Assembly: GCA_023145475.1 (NCBI GenBank)
Contig: JAGLDR010000092.1
Coordinates: forward strand, 1-53,703
Origin: a bacterium
Lineage (GTDB): Bacteria; UBP6; UBA1177; JAGLDR01
Direction: 5' to 3'
DNA length: 53,703 nucleotides
The translations under genes and the position numbers were made by a program. Of the stretch, positions 7,537-16,405 are shown in pieces; position 1 is the stretch's first letter, and the number at the start of each line of letters is the position of its first letter. Under the pieces are notes generated by a model, which saw only the letters and a list, made by a program, of their open reading frames with translations, made no database searches and was not told where the DNA came from.

Positions 7537-10143
7537 ATGAAGCGATTGTTTTACATTATTGGTATTGCCATAATCTTCTTTTTTGCTTGTACAACACAAT
7601 ATATAGAAAACTTTGATGAAGATGTTTTTCAACAAGACGAAGATATTCAATCAGATGATGATGAAATAGGTTGCGAAGAGAGCGATGCTTCAATCTGGGA
7701 TAATGAGTTTAATGAGTTAAGTATCTGGACAATGGAAAAATTGAAAAATGGAAACTATCTTTCACTCGGATCTTACACAGAGTTCTTAGATGGATGGTAT
7801 GTTGATTTTTCTTCGATTACTTGGTTTAATTCCGACTTAAGCGTGAAGAAAAGTATTCTTTTTAATGAATTAACCTATGGTAAGAATTACAATGATGTTA
7901 TTGCTGTAGGCGACGGCACTACAGCGTATGCTGCCGGGACAAATAATGGGCGTTCATTTTTGTTGAGTTATTTCTCTGATACATCTGAAGTGTTATGGGA
8001 GAAGGCGTGGAAATACGGAGGATTTGATAATTCCTATGAAAATAATTTAGGAAGAATAGAGTCTTTTAATGATGCTTTATATGTTTCTGGAATAGTTACA
8101 GGCTATGATGTAGCAAAGTATCCTACTGCATTTCAAATATATTTGGCAAAGCTAACACTCCAAGGTGAGGTGTTGTGGGAAAAAATGTTTGGACCTGAAG
8201 GTTCACTAATAAATGGAATGGCTATGGATAGTGAGGGCAATATTTATTTAACAGGATATAGTGCCGGTAGTTTAAATGGTGCAACAAACCCGTCACAGCC
8301 TGGAGATTGTTCGTTGTTGTGGGGTGCAAATGGTTCAGCGTGTCCTCGTCCCATTTTGATCAAACTTGATTCTGACGGGGCTGTTTTATGGAGTCGACAA
8401 TGGGGTAGTAGTGTGAAAGACAGCATCGAGTGGGGGCTTAAAGTTCTTGTAGATATAGATGACAGCATTTTTGTTCTTTCCGATGTTACAGCAAAGGATA
8501 AAAGCGGAAAATTAAGCATACGCAAATTTGATAAAAAGGGAGCACCTTTATTTAATCAAAAATTTACTGATTTTGAGTTAGGGTCAAATTTTCTAGAAGA
8601 GAGCATAGATATTTACATCGACAAAAACAACAAACTTATCGTGGCTTTAAGGGCAAGAGAAAAAGATGTTCCAACAGGAGGAATAATCCTTAAGCTTGAT
8701 AAAGTTACTGGTACAATTGTGCAGATCAAAAATTTAGTATCCCATACATTTATTCTGCCATACACTCTTTTTGAAACAGATGAGGGACTCGCTGTTTCAG
8801 GAAGTGAACTTATTGATTATTACTATCCCGATCCTCAGAATCCAGATGCGCCCTTTCCAATTTATAAATATGGCATCAAGCATATAGGTTATTTCTACAA
8901 CGACCCTCACCCAGATACCACCATCACAACAGGTGATGAGTTTGAAAGAGAGACAATACAGTTTGGTTCAGAAAAGTATGACGAAGCAATTTATTCATTC
9001 AAAGATTCAGAGAACAATCTATTTGTCATTGGAAATTCGTACGGAACAATTGGTGACGCAACTCAGCTCGGAAGTAAAGATGTTTTTGTCACAAAATATG
9101 ACAGTGCTAAAACAAGAGAATGGATTGCGTATTATGGTAGTGACGATTGGGACTCAGCTTCTTCAGCGTATGAAGACAGTGAAGGAAACATTGTTATTAC
9201 TGGCGTAACTTGGGGTAGCTTCGAAGGTGGAGAGCAGCTGGGCGAGAGAGATGTTTTTGTGTTAAAAGTTTCAAAAGATGGCACTATTCTGTGGTCAAAA
9301 CAGGTTGGTTCACCCAATGACGATTGGTCAAATAGTGTCTGGATTGACAAATCGGATGATATTTTTGTTGGAGGTGGCACACGAGGTTTGATTGGTGAAA
9401 GTGAAATTCAACGCACATATCGAGCAAATGGGTTTATTTTTCAGTTGGATAAAGATGGTGAGCAAAAAAATGTGAATCATTTTATGAAGGGTGTTGAGGT
9501 GTTTTCAGTCACCGGAAGTGAGGATGGTGACATCTATTGTGCTGGCCGTACAGATTTTGAATACGGCGGAAATCTTGCATACGATAATGGTGTCAGTGAC
9601 AACATCATCATAAAACTGAATGAAAACTTGTGGGAACAGTGGGCTCGTTTATGGGGCTGCGATGCGGTCGATAATGCGACTGCTGTTGCGCTCGATTCAG
9701 ATGAAAATATTTATGTTGTTGGGTATACCTTCGGTTCAATTGATGGCGAAGCGTACCGTGGTGCCGATTGCTCTGGTGGAAATTGCCCCGACGCTTACTT
9801 GACCAAGTGGACGCAAGATGGTGAAAAGCAGTGGACACGACAGTTTGGAAGCGAAAATGGAGATAGGGCATTTGCTGTTCAAGTTGATAACAGTGATTCT
9901 ATATATGTCTCTGGAACAACAGAGAAAAACCGATATTGTGAAAAAAGAGCAAATCTTTTCTTTACCGAATTTGATGGTGATGGAACTATGATTGATATAA
10001 AACGGTGGGGCACAGCCGGAGAAGAGAAGCTCAATAGCATGAATATAAACAGAGACAGTGTTATCCTTTCAGGAACAACCACCGGCGGACTGGATGGCAA
10101 TAAAAACACTGGACAACGAGACGCATTTGTGACAGAATTATAA
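7537..10143 (+). CDS. SBBP-type beta-propeller repeat lipoprotein
   Basis: Start trimmed to MKRLFYIIGIAIIFFFAC (lipobox FFFAC), with AGGAGG 6 nt upstream. One unit recurs many times, for example DSEGNIYLTGYSAGSLNG, DSEGNIVITGVTWGSFEGGEQLGERDVFVLKVSKDGTILWSKQ and DSDENIYVVGYTFGSIDG. These match the SBBP propeller repeat pattern. Confidence 0.75.
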   Translation: MKRLFYIIGIAIIFFFACTTQYIENFDEDVFQQDEDIQSDDDEIGCEESDASIWDNEFNELSIWTMEKLKNGNYLSLGSYTEFLDGWYVDFSSITWFNSDLSVKKSILFNELTYGKNYNDVIAVGDGTTAYAAGTNNGRSFLLSYFSDTSEVLWEKAWKYGGFDNSYENNLGRIESFNDALYVSGIVTGYDVAKYPTAFQIYLAKLTLQGEVLWEKMFGPEGSLINGMAMDSEGNIYLTGYSAGSLNGATNPSQPGDCSLLWGANGSACPRPILIKLDSDGAVLWSRQWGSSVKDSIEWGLKVLVDIDDSIFVLSDVTAKDKSGKLSIRKFDKKGAPLFNQKFTDFELGSNFLEESIDIYIDKNNKLIVALRAREKDVPTGGIILKLDKVTGTIVQIKNLVSHTFILPYTLFETDEGLAVSGSELIDYYYPDPQNPDAPFPIYKYGIKHIGYFYNDPHPDTTITTGDEFERETIQFGSEKYDEAIYSFKDSENNLFVIGNSYGTIGDATQLGSKDVFVTKYDSAKTREWIAYYGSDDWDSASSAYEDSEGNIVITGVTWGSFEGGEQLGERDVFVLKVSKDGTILWSKQVGSPNDDWSNSVWIDKSDDIFVGGGTRGLIGESEIQRTYRANGFIFQLDKDGEQKNVNHFMKGVEVFSVTGSEDGDIYCAGRTDFEYGGNLAYDNGVSDNIIIKLNENLWEQWARLWGCDAVDNATAVALDSDENIYVVGYTFGSIDGEAYRGADCSGGNCPDAYLTKWTQDGEKQWTRQFGSENGDRAFAVQVDNSDSIYVSGTTEKNRYCEKRANLFFTEFDGDGTMIDIKRWGTAGEEKLNSMNINRDSVILSGTTTGGLDGNKNTGQRDAFVTEL

Positions 10144-10168
10144 TATCAAAGTTAGTGTGAGAAAATCC

Positions 10169-10196
10169 TTGTTTTTTTAGCAACTCTATGTATTAT
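10169..10196 (+). promoter_or_regulatory. Candidate promoter of the rpsF-rpsR-rplI-dnaB unit
   Basis: TTGTTT (10169-10174), a 16-nt spacer, then TATTAT (10191-10196). The leader that follows contains a CACC-UUCG-GGUG hairpin (10203-10214). Confidence 0.4.
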
Positions 10197-10277
10197 ACCC
10201 GCACCTTCGGGTGAACTTGGAAATTACTCCTTGTTCGATTGGGAACGATTGGACTTCGAAGCCGAGAGGAGATGCTG

Positions 10278-10784
10278 ATGAAGAGACATTATGAAGTTAC
10301 CGCTATTCTGTCCCCAGAGGGCGGAAACGATGTTTACCGTCAATTTATTGACAGGGTAAATGGAATCACTGAAAAATTTGAGGGTCGTATTCTTAACCTT
10401 CAATCGTGGGGCGAGAAAAAGCTTGCTTACGAAATCAAAAGAAATGTGAAGGGACACTATCTCTTCTTTGACATTCATGGAGAGGGAACTCTTATCGCAG
10501 AGCTTGAAAGAAATTTCAATATTTGGGAACATGTACTCAAGTTTATGACAATTGTGGTTGATCCGCGCACAGAAAATCTAGAAGAGATTCTTGAAAATGC
10601 TCCTGGTCTTGAAGGCTTTTTCAGTAAGAGCGAAAAGAAACACGCTCCTGTTGAACGCAAAGTTGCAGTACCAGTAGAAAAGAAGAAAGAGGCTCCGACA
10701 GACAATCGTGAGTACAATGCACAGCTTCAAAAGACGCTGTCTAAGGCAGAAGCAGAAAAAGAAACTGATGACGTAGAATTGTAG
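10278..10784 (+). CDS. rpsF: 30S ribosomal protein S6 with a ~65-aa charged C-terminal extension
   Basis: [15 protein letters not shown]...[22 protein letters not shown] is canonical S6. The start is trimmed to the ATG at 10278, 6 nt after GGAG. Confidence 0.9.
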   Translation: MKRHYEVTAILSPEGGNDVYRQFIDRVNGITEKFEGRILNLQSWGEKKLAYEIKRNVKGHYLFFDIHGEGTLIAELERNFNIWEHVLKFMTIVVDPRTENLEEILENAPGLEGFFSKSEKKHAPVERKVAVPVEKKKEAPTDNREYNAQLQKTLSKAEAEKETDDVEL

Positions 10785-10794
10785 GGAGAAAATC

Positions 10795-11016
10795 ATGGCT
10801 TTTAGAAGAAAGAAAGTATGCAGGTTTTGTATCAATGACGATATGACACTTAGTTATAAACATCCAGATGTGCTTTTTAACTATATTACTGAAAGAGGTA
10901 AAATTATTCCTCGTAGAATCAGTGGTGTATGTTCACAGCACCAAAGAGAGTTGGCTAGAGAGATAAAGCGTGCTCGCGCAATCGCTTTGCTTCCTTTCAC
11001 TGTAACCGGACGATAG
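10795..11016 (+). CDS. rpsR: 30S ribosomal protein S18
   Basis: [12 protein letters not shown]...[39 protein letters not shown] is canonical S18. Confidence 0.95.
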   Translation: MAFRRKKVCRFCINDDMTLSYKHPDVLFNYITERGKIIPRRISGVCSQHQRELAREIKRARAIALLPFTVTGR

Positions 11017-11025
11017 GGGGCTACC

Positions 11026-11571
11026 ATGAAAATTATTCTTGTAAAAGATGTTGAAGGATTGGGAAATGCTGGCGAAATCTTGAATGTAAAAGATGGATAC
11101 GGTCGCAACTATCTCGTTCCTCGTGGATTTGCACTTGTAGCAAACGAAAGCAATGTAAGAGAGCTTGAGTTTAATCGCAAACGCATTGATCGTATGATTG
11201 ATGTTGAAAGGACAGCTGCACAAGATTTGGCAGCAAAACTTTCAGCTGTTGATATTCAGATTGAGCGGAAGTTTGGTGAAGATGGCAAGCTTTTTGGAAG
11301 TGTTACAAATCGTGACATTGCAGCTGTTCTCGAAGAGAATGGTTACACGGTGAATTCGCACCACATCGTTATTGAAACTCCAATCAAAAAGACTGGTATT
11401 TATCAGCCTGAGGTTAAGCTTTTTAGAGATGTGCGCGCAGTACTTAAAGTACTCGTTGTTGGTGAAGGCGGCGAAATGGCTCCAGAACCAGTTGCAACAG
11501 ACGAAGACGCTCCTGTTGTTGAAGAAGAAGCACCTGTTGAAGCACCAGTTGAAGAGACTGCTGCTGAATAA
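11026..11571 (+). CDS. rplI: 50S ribosomal protein L9 with an acidic C-terminal extension
   Basis: MKIILVKDVEGLGNAGEILNVKDGYGRNYLVPRGFA is canonical L9. The tail reads GEMAPEPVATDEDAPVVEEEAPVEAPVEETAAE. Confidence 0.95.
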   Translation: MKIILVKDVEGLGNAGEILNVKDGYGRNYLVPRGFALVANESNVRELEFNRKRIDRMIDVERTAAQDLAAKLSAVDIQIERKFGEDGKLFGSVTNRDIAAVLEENGYTVNSHHIVIETPIKKTGIYQPEVKLFRDVRAVLKVLVVGEGGEMAPEPVATDEDAPVVEEEAPVEAPVEETAAE

Positions 11572-12932
11572 TGGATGCGTTTGCAGCACGACAACTTCCT
11601 CATAATGAACATGCAGAGGCGTCCCTTCTCGGATGCCTCATGCAGAATGGGGAGAGGTTTGCTCTGCTTGATGAAGTAATTCTTACTTCAGATGAATTTT
11701 ACTCAAAGAAACACCAACTTATTTTTTCAGCAATTGTTGAAATTGCAGTAGAAGGAAAAGATACCATTGATATCGTAACAGTTCACGATTTTTTGGTCTC
11801 TACTGGTGATGCATCAAAGATTGGAGATTGGTCCTATCTTTCAGAGCTAGTTGATAGTGCACCTGTCGTCGATAACGAACAAGTTGTAGCGTATAGTCGC
11901 ATGGTCAAAAATTCAGCTCTTCACCGACTCTTTATTGAGAAATGTGAAATTGCAGCATCAAAAGCAAGAAAAGATCAAAGACAATTTGATGATTTGTTAG
12001 ATGTTATGACAACTGATTTAATCGATTTGGCAAATAGCTCTTCACGCAGTGATGTTCAAGACTTGAGAGGTCTTGTTGTTGATGTCGTGCAAGATATGTC
12101 AGAGAAGATTAAATCGGGACATAAGTCACTTCTTGGACTTCCATCAGGGTATCCCACAATTGATAAAGTTGCCTCTGGGTTTAAACCAGGCGATATGATT
12201 GTTATTGCTGCGCGCCCTGGTGTCGGAAAGACTAGTTTAGCAATGAATATGACAAGTCGGGTGGCAAACAAAGGGCATAGCGTCCTCTTTTTCACCTTGG
12301 AAATGCCCGCTGATCAAGTGACAAAAAGAATCCTATCAGCTGAGACAGGTGTCGATATGTTGAAGATTCTTAATGCAGATCTGACGATGGATGAGTTAGC
12401 CTCAATGATGAATCAGATTAGTGTTACAGGTGAGCTTCCAATCTATATTGATGATAGTTCTCATCTTACGGTTGCCTCTTTGCGTTCTAAAGCGAAATCT
12501 TTACGGGCGACCTTACAGAAAACGGATCAAACGCTTGATTTGATAGTGATTGATTATATCGGCTTGATGCAGGGCCCCGCTCATCTGATGTCTGAAAAGA
12601 AAAATGCACAAGTTGAAGAGATTTCACGCGGATTAAAGCTCTTCGCAAAAGATATGAAAATTCCAATTATTATTCTTTCTCAGCTCAATAGGCAGGTTGA
12701 ATCTCGTAAGGAGAAGGTGCCGCAATTGAGTGATTTGCGAGATAGTGGCGCGATAGAGCAGGATGCCGATTTAGTCTGTATTATCAATAGGGCGACGGAT
12801 GGTTCAAGCGAAAGTGCCAAAGCAGAACTTCATATCTTGAAAAATCGCCACGGACCAACAGGTGTCGTACAACTGCATTTTAATGCATCAACAACCGTCT
12901 TTACTGAGATTGATTATCAGCACGAGAGCTAG
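11571..12932 (+). CDS. dnaB: Replicative DNA helicase DnaB
   Basis: 453 aa with an N-terminal DnaB domain (PHNEHAEASLLGCLM), Walker A (ARPGVGKTSLAMNM) and the motifs IVIDYIGLM, IIILSQLNR and SDLRDSGAIEQDADL. The ATG overlaps the rplI TAA by 1 nt. Normal length, so no intein. Confidence 0.95.
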   Translation: MDAFAARQLPHNEHAEASLLGCLMQNGERFALLDEVILTSDEFYSKKHQLIFSAIVEIAVEGKDTIDIVTVHDFLVSTGDASKIGDWSYLSELVDSAPVVDNEQVVAYSRMVKNSALHRLFIEKCEIAASKARKDQRQFDDLLDVMTTDLIDLANSSSRSDVQDLRGLVVDVVQDMSEKIKSGHKSLLGLPSGYPTIDKVASGFKPGDMIVIAARPGVGKTSLAMNMTSRVANKGHSVLFFTLEMPADQVTKRILSAETGVDMLKILNADLTMDELASMMNQISVTGELPIYIDDSSHLTVASLRSKAKSLRATLQKTDQTLDLIVIDYIGLMQGPAHLMSEKKNAQVEEISRGLKLFAKDMKIPIIILSQLNRQVESRKEKVPQLSDLRDSGAIEQDADLVCIINRATDGSSESAKAELHILKNRHGPTGVVQLHFNASTTVFTEIDYQHES

Positions 12933-13842
12933 GTTTTACTGGCGACCACTCTTCATAAATTGCATTGATAAGCTCCATGCTTAGTAGAAGCAATAAAGCA
13001 CTGTAATAGACCCACAAAACGATTGAAACGATATAGGCAAGAGAGCCATATATAAGGTTGAGTGAGCTCAGTGTCGAGAGATAGAAATCGTATGCCCATT
13101 TAGCGCCAATCCAGAGAGTAGAGAAGACGACTGCACCAAAAAAGACTACTTTTTGATTATGAATAATGCCTGAGGTAAAGAAAAAGAGGAGAAAATGAAA
13201 GAGGGTGAAAAGAAGGATAACAGAGAGGATAATGGAGAAAAAATTCATCTGTTCGAAAAAGGTGAGCCAGGTTTGCAGTGGAGGCCACAAAAGAGAGAGC
13301 TCTCCAGCAATAAGTGAGGCAAAAGAGATAAACCAGTGGAGTGCAAATGCAAACAGGGTGAGAGTCAGCATAAAAAGAATGCCAAGTGCGCGGGAGCGGA
13401 CGATATTAAGAAAGTTACCCCCAAAGATTTTGTACAGAGCGTAGTGCAGTGTTGAGAAGAGAAGTGTTGCCGCAATGATAATAGCGATGGTTCCGATAAA
13501 GCCAAGTGAGAGTGTATAATCTTTCAGCATAAAGAATTTTTCAAGATGATGCTCTTTCAGGTAGGGCATAAGTGTCCGAATAAATGCTACAATCTGTTGA
13601 GCAAGCTGCTCGGTGCTGATGCTGTAAAAGTTCTGAATAACGTTAACGGCAATGCCTGTAAGGGCACCCATAAGCATTAAAAAGGGGAGAAATGAGAGCA
13701 GGAAATAGAATGAAATTGCCGCAGAAAAGGTAAAGCCATCATCTTTATAAAAGTTCATTGCAGCACGACAGACAACACGGGTTGGTTTGAATGCCTTTAA
13801 TCTCTTTCGAAGTAACAATGGATAGATGCGGAGCCATTTCAT
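12901..13842 (-). CDS. YihY/BrkB-family integral membrane protein
   Basis: 313 aa and polytopic. The N-terminal signature is DGFTFSAAISFYFLLSFLPFLMLM. The start overlaps the der stop by 4 nt. Confidence 0.75.
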   Translation of the reverse strand: MKWLRIYPLLLRKRLKAFKPTRVVCRAAMNFYKDDGFTFSAAISFYFLLSFLPFLMLMGALTGIAVNVIQNFYSISTEQLAQQIVAFIRTLMPYLKEHHLEKFFMLKDYTLSLGFIGTIAIIIAATLLFSTLHYALYKIFGGNFLNIVRSRALGILFMLTLTLFAFALHWFISFASLIAGELSLLWPPLQTWLTFFEQMNFFSIILSVILLFTLFHFLLFFFTSGIIHNQKVVFFGAVVFSTLWIGAKWAYDFYLSTLSSLNLIYGSLAYIVSIVLWVYYSALLLLLSMELINAIYEEWSPVKPSSRADNQSQ

Positions 13843-15203
13843 GGGCGAAAATATTCTCGTTTATAGATGACATTTATTGCAATGCCTGAATAGTTAAATT
13901 GCTTGTAAAACTGATTCATCAGATAGCGGTGGTAGGAGAAGTGGACAGAGTGGGGGCGATTTACTTTGATAACAACTGTTGGTGGTGCTACTGATTCCAT
14001 TCTTACATTAAAAAAGATAATAGGTTTGCGTTTTTTTGTCAGTGGTGGTTTGTTTCTGCGGACAGAGCGATTGAGCCACTCTTGCAAGTCGTCATCTGCG
14101 GTATGTTTATGGTAGTTTTTGTGCACTTCTTTAATAAGTGAGAGTACCTTTGTGGTTCGTAAGTTCTCTTTTGCAGACATAGAAATCATCGGTGCATAGG
14201 GTGCAAATTTCATTCTATCACGCAAATCTTTAACAAATGTTTCCCATGTTCCGGTCTCTTTTTCGATGGTATCCCACTTGTTGATTGCAATAACAATTGC
14301 GCGGTGTTTGTCGTGAGCCATTCCAAGTATACGCAAATCTTGATCTGTCGCTGGCTCTTGCGCATCCATCATAATGACAACGACTTCACTGCGGTCAATT
14401 GCCCTGAAAGCACGAACAACAGCGGCCTTTTCCATGACTTCTAAGACCATTTTCTTGCGTCGAATACCCGCAGTATCAATAAAAAGATAGTTTTGCTCGT
14501 CGTGTGTAACTTTTGAATCAATAGGGTCCATTGTGGTGCCAGGAACAGAGCTTACCAAGTGTCTCTCTTCACCAAGCAGAGCATTTGCCAATGTCGATTT
14601 TCCTACATTTGGTCTGCCGATAATTGCGACACGAATCACATCTTCTTCAGGTTTCTCTGCCTTTTCGGCAATATCTTTCTCTGTCCAGAAGCTCTTTGTT
14701 AAAGTGTCTAGAAGATCGTATGTTCCATAGCCTGTGGTGCCTGAGACGCCATGAACTTCATCAACACCTAACTGGTAAAAATCGGCAATGCGAAAGTCGT
14801 GTCCATCTGCATCAATCTTGCTGACAGCAGTCCAGAAACGAATACCACTCTTTCTAATCAAATCGATGATATCGTAGTCTGAAGGGTGAGGCCCAACAAC
14901 TCCATCGCCAAGAAATAGCACACCATCAACCTGCTCAAGAATTGAGCGAATTTGTTCGTGGATACCTTTGGTGATAACATCTGTCTGATTTTCATCAATA
15001 TAAAATCCGCCAGTGTCAATAATGGTGAATGGCTTGTCATTATAGGTCATATCGCGATAGTTCAAATCGCGCGTAACGCCTGGTCTATCATCAATAATAG
15101 CTGCATTTGAACCTAAAATGTGGTTGAAAAGTGTTGATTTGCCCACATTGGGGCGACCAATAATCGCAATCAGTGGTTTTATGTCATTATAAACGTGTTC
15201 CAT
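13839..15203 (-). CDS. der: Ribosome-associated GTPase Der/EngA
   Basis: Two tandem G domains (IAIIGRPNVGKSTLFN and VAIIGRPNVGKSTLAN, each with DTGG/DTAG and NKxD) plus a KH-like C-terminal domain. Confidence 0.95.
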   Translation of the reverse strand: MEHVYNDIKPLIAIIGRPNVGKSTLFNHILGSNAAIIDDRPGVTRDLNYRDMTYNDKPFTIIDTGGFYIDENQTDVITKGIHEQIRSILEQVDGVLFLGDGVVGPHPSDYDIIDLIRKSGIRFWTAVSKIDADGHDFRIADFYQLGVDEVHGVSGTTGYGTYDLLDTLTKSFWTEKDIAEKAEKPEEDVIRVAIIGRPNVGKSTLANALLGEERHLVSSVPGTTMDPIDSKVTHDEQNYLFIDTAGIRRKKMVLEVMEKAAVVRAFRAIDRSEVVVIMMDAQEPATDQDLRILGMAHDKHRAIVIAINKWDTIEKETGTWETFVKDLRDRMKFAPYAPMISMSAKENLRTTKVLSLIKEVHKNYHKHTADDDLQEWLNRSVRRNKPPLTKKRKPIIFFNVRMESVAPPTVVIKVNRPHSVHFSYHRYLMNQFYKQFNYSGIAINVIYKREYFRP

Positions 15204-15211
15204 CTCTCCTC

Positions 15212-16168
15212 CTACTTGATAATATGTCCAATTCTCAATGGACGGAAATCTTCAACATCGATAATGGAATCACCGAATTGAATTGAAAACCAGACAAACA
15301 GGGGTGTTCCCTGCAAAAAATTTCGGGGTATAAATCCCCAAAATCGGCTGTCATAGCTGTTATCTCGGTTGTCCCCCATCGCAAAAAAGTGCCCTTCAGG
15401 AACAGTAAATTCAATGCCACAATAGCGACAATATTTCTGTTCAAATAGCAGCCTATTGTTATCTGTAACACCTTTTTTGAAAAGGACATTATACTCTTTT
15501 CCATCAATGTTCTTTTCTCTATATTGTACTGTTTCTACTGCATTTCCTTGACTGTCGGTATAGGAAACCTCACCTTTTTTGACTCGTGTTGCCTCTTTCC
15601 CGTTGATACGCAAAGTTGTTCCTGAGACAAAAACTTTATCACCAGGCAGACCGATAACTCTTTTTACCAGTGCTTTTCGATCTTTTGTCGGCTCCGTAAA
15701 GGTGATGATATCGCCTCTGTCAGGAGTTCCCCACGAGACAAACTGTCGATCTCGAAAAGGAATAGTGAGACCATAACGATTCATCAGAACAAAAAGGTTG
15801 TCGCCAATCAAAATAGTGTCCATCATACTGCCAGATGGAACGCGGAAAGAGCCTAAAAAGAAAAATTTCACAATCAGTGCAAGCACAATGACGAGCCAGA
15901 GCTCATCAAAAGTTTGCCACACAATATTTTGCTTCCACTCGCGATATGTCTTTGTGACGGCACCGTCTAGCTTTTCTTGTAATGCTTTGAGGTTGCTTGC
16001 TGTTGTTTCTGGGTTGTTGAGTAGCTTCTCTGTCCCGACAAGAAGTTTCTTTATCTCTTCTGCTATTTTTTGTGGGAGCTCTTTTTGCTTTCTCAACATC
16101 CAAGAAAGTTGCTGTTTGCGACCGTTTATCGCTTTTGTATGTTGTCTTTTAAGGTACCACTCTTTCAT
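15212..16168 (-). CDS. lepB: Signal peptidase I
   Basis: Catalytic Ser box (VPSGSMMDTI), the KRVIGLPGD box and GDNRDNSYDSRFWGFIP. One TM helix follows a ~90-aa basic N-terminal region. Confidence 0.9.
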   Translation of the reverse strand: MKEWYLKRQHTKAINGRKQQLSWMLRKQKELPQKIAEEIKKLLVGTEKLLNNPETTASNLKALQEKLDGAVTKTYREWKQNIVWQTFDELWLVIVLALIVKFFFLGSFRVPSGSMMDTILIGDNLFVLMNRYGLTIPFRDRQFVSWGTPDRGDIITFTEPTKDRKALVKRVIGLPGDKVFVSGTTLRINGKEATRVKKGEVSYTDSQGNAVETVQYREKNIDGKEYNVLFKKGVTDNNRLLFEQKYCRYCGIEFTVPEGHFFAMGDNRDNSYDSRFWGFIPRNFLQGTPLFVWFSIQFGDSIIDVEDFRPLRIGHIIK

Positions 16169-16266
16169 TTACACGCTCCTCCGATAGTGCAAGGCAAGAC
16201 TACTCACTAGGCCGAAAAATGCAATGTTTTGAAATGGAAGTGAGAATAAAAAAAAGATAAAAAAAA

Positions 16267-16342
<76 letters not shown>

Positions 16343-16354
16343 ACCTCGGGCACT

Positions 16355-16382
16355 ATACTAGTACAAAGAGCCTGTTTGTCAA
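16355..16382 (-). promoter_or_regulatory. Promoter of tRNA-fMet
   Basis: On the minus strand: TTGACA (16382-16377), a 16-nt spacer, then TAGTAT (16360-16355). The mature tRNA 5' end follows 12 nt later. Confidence 0.6.
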
Positions 16383-16405
16383 CTGAATTTTAAGAAAGTG
16401 CGGAA

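Noticed and set aside
10239-10277. Longer N-terminal extensions offered by the ORF track for rpsF. The same applies to coaD (32346-32450), ispE (32872-32934), yidD (18194-18238), the SBBP gene (7513-7536), the coiled-coil gene (23302-23349), the vWA gene (47043-47150) and the Omp85 gene (40325-40339).
   Set aside because: In each case an internal ATG preceded by a GGAG-type RBS yields the conserved N-terminus or a proper signal peptide or lipobox. The upstream extension overlaps the neighbouring gene or lacks an RBS.
10203-10277. An rpsF leader hairpin (CACC-UUCG-GGUG, and a TTCGA...TCGAA stem) as the S6:S18-binding autoregulatory motif.
   Set aside because: It is plausible by position, but I cannot match it to the published motif from memory. 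The stems are short, so it is left as a note on the promoter feature.
10784-10795. Absence of ssb between rpsF and rpsR.
   Set aside because: The rpsF-rpsR-rplI order without ssb occurs in many lineages, so it is not informative on its own.
12901-12932. A 32-bp convergent overlap of the dnaB and yihY-family 3' ends.
   Set aside because: Both stops are unambiguous, but convergent overlaps of this size occur by chance in compact genomes. I see no structure or motif in the overlap.
16181-16189. CCGATAGTG in the lepB leader, shared with the loop region of the 20759 element. GGAATGACC near 18698 in the rpmH leader is a similar case.
   Set aside because: These are isolated 9-mers without the surrounding stems. 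They overlap ordinary RBS/leader sequence and are most likely coincidence.
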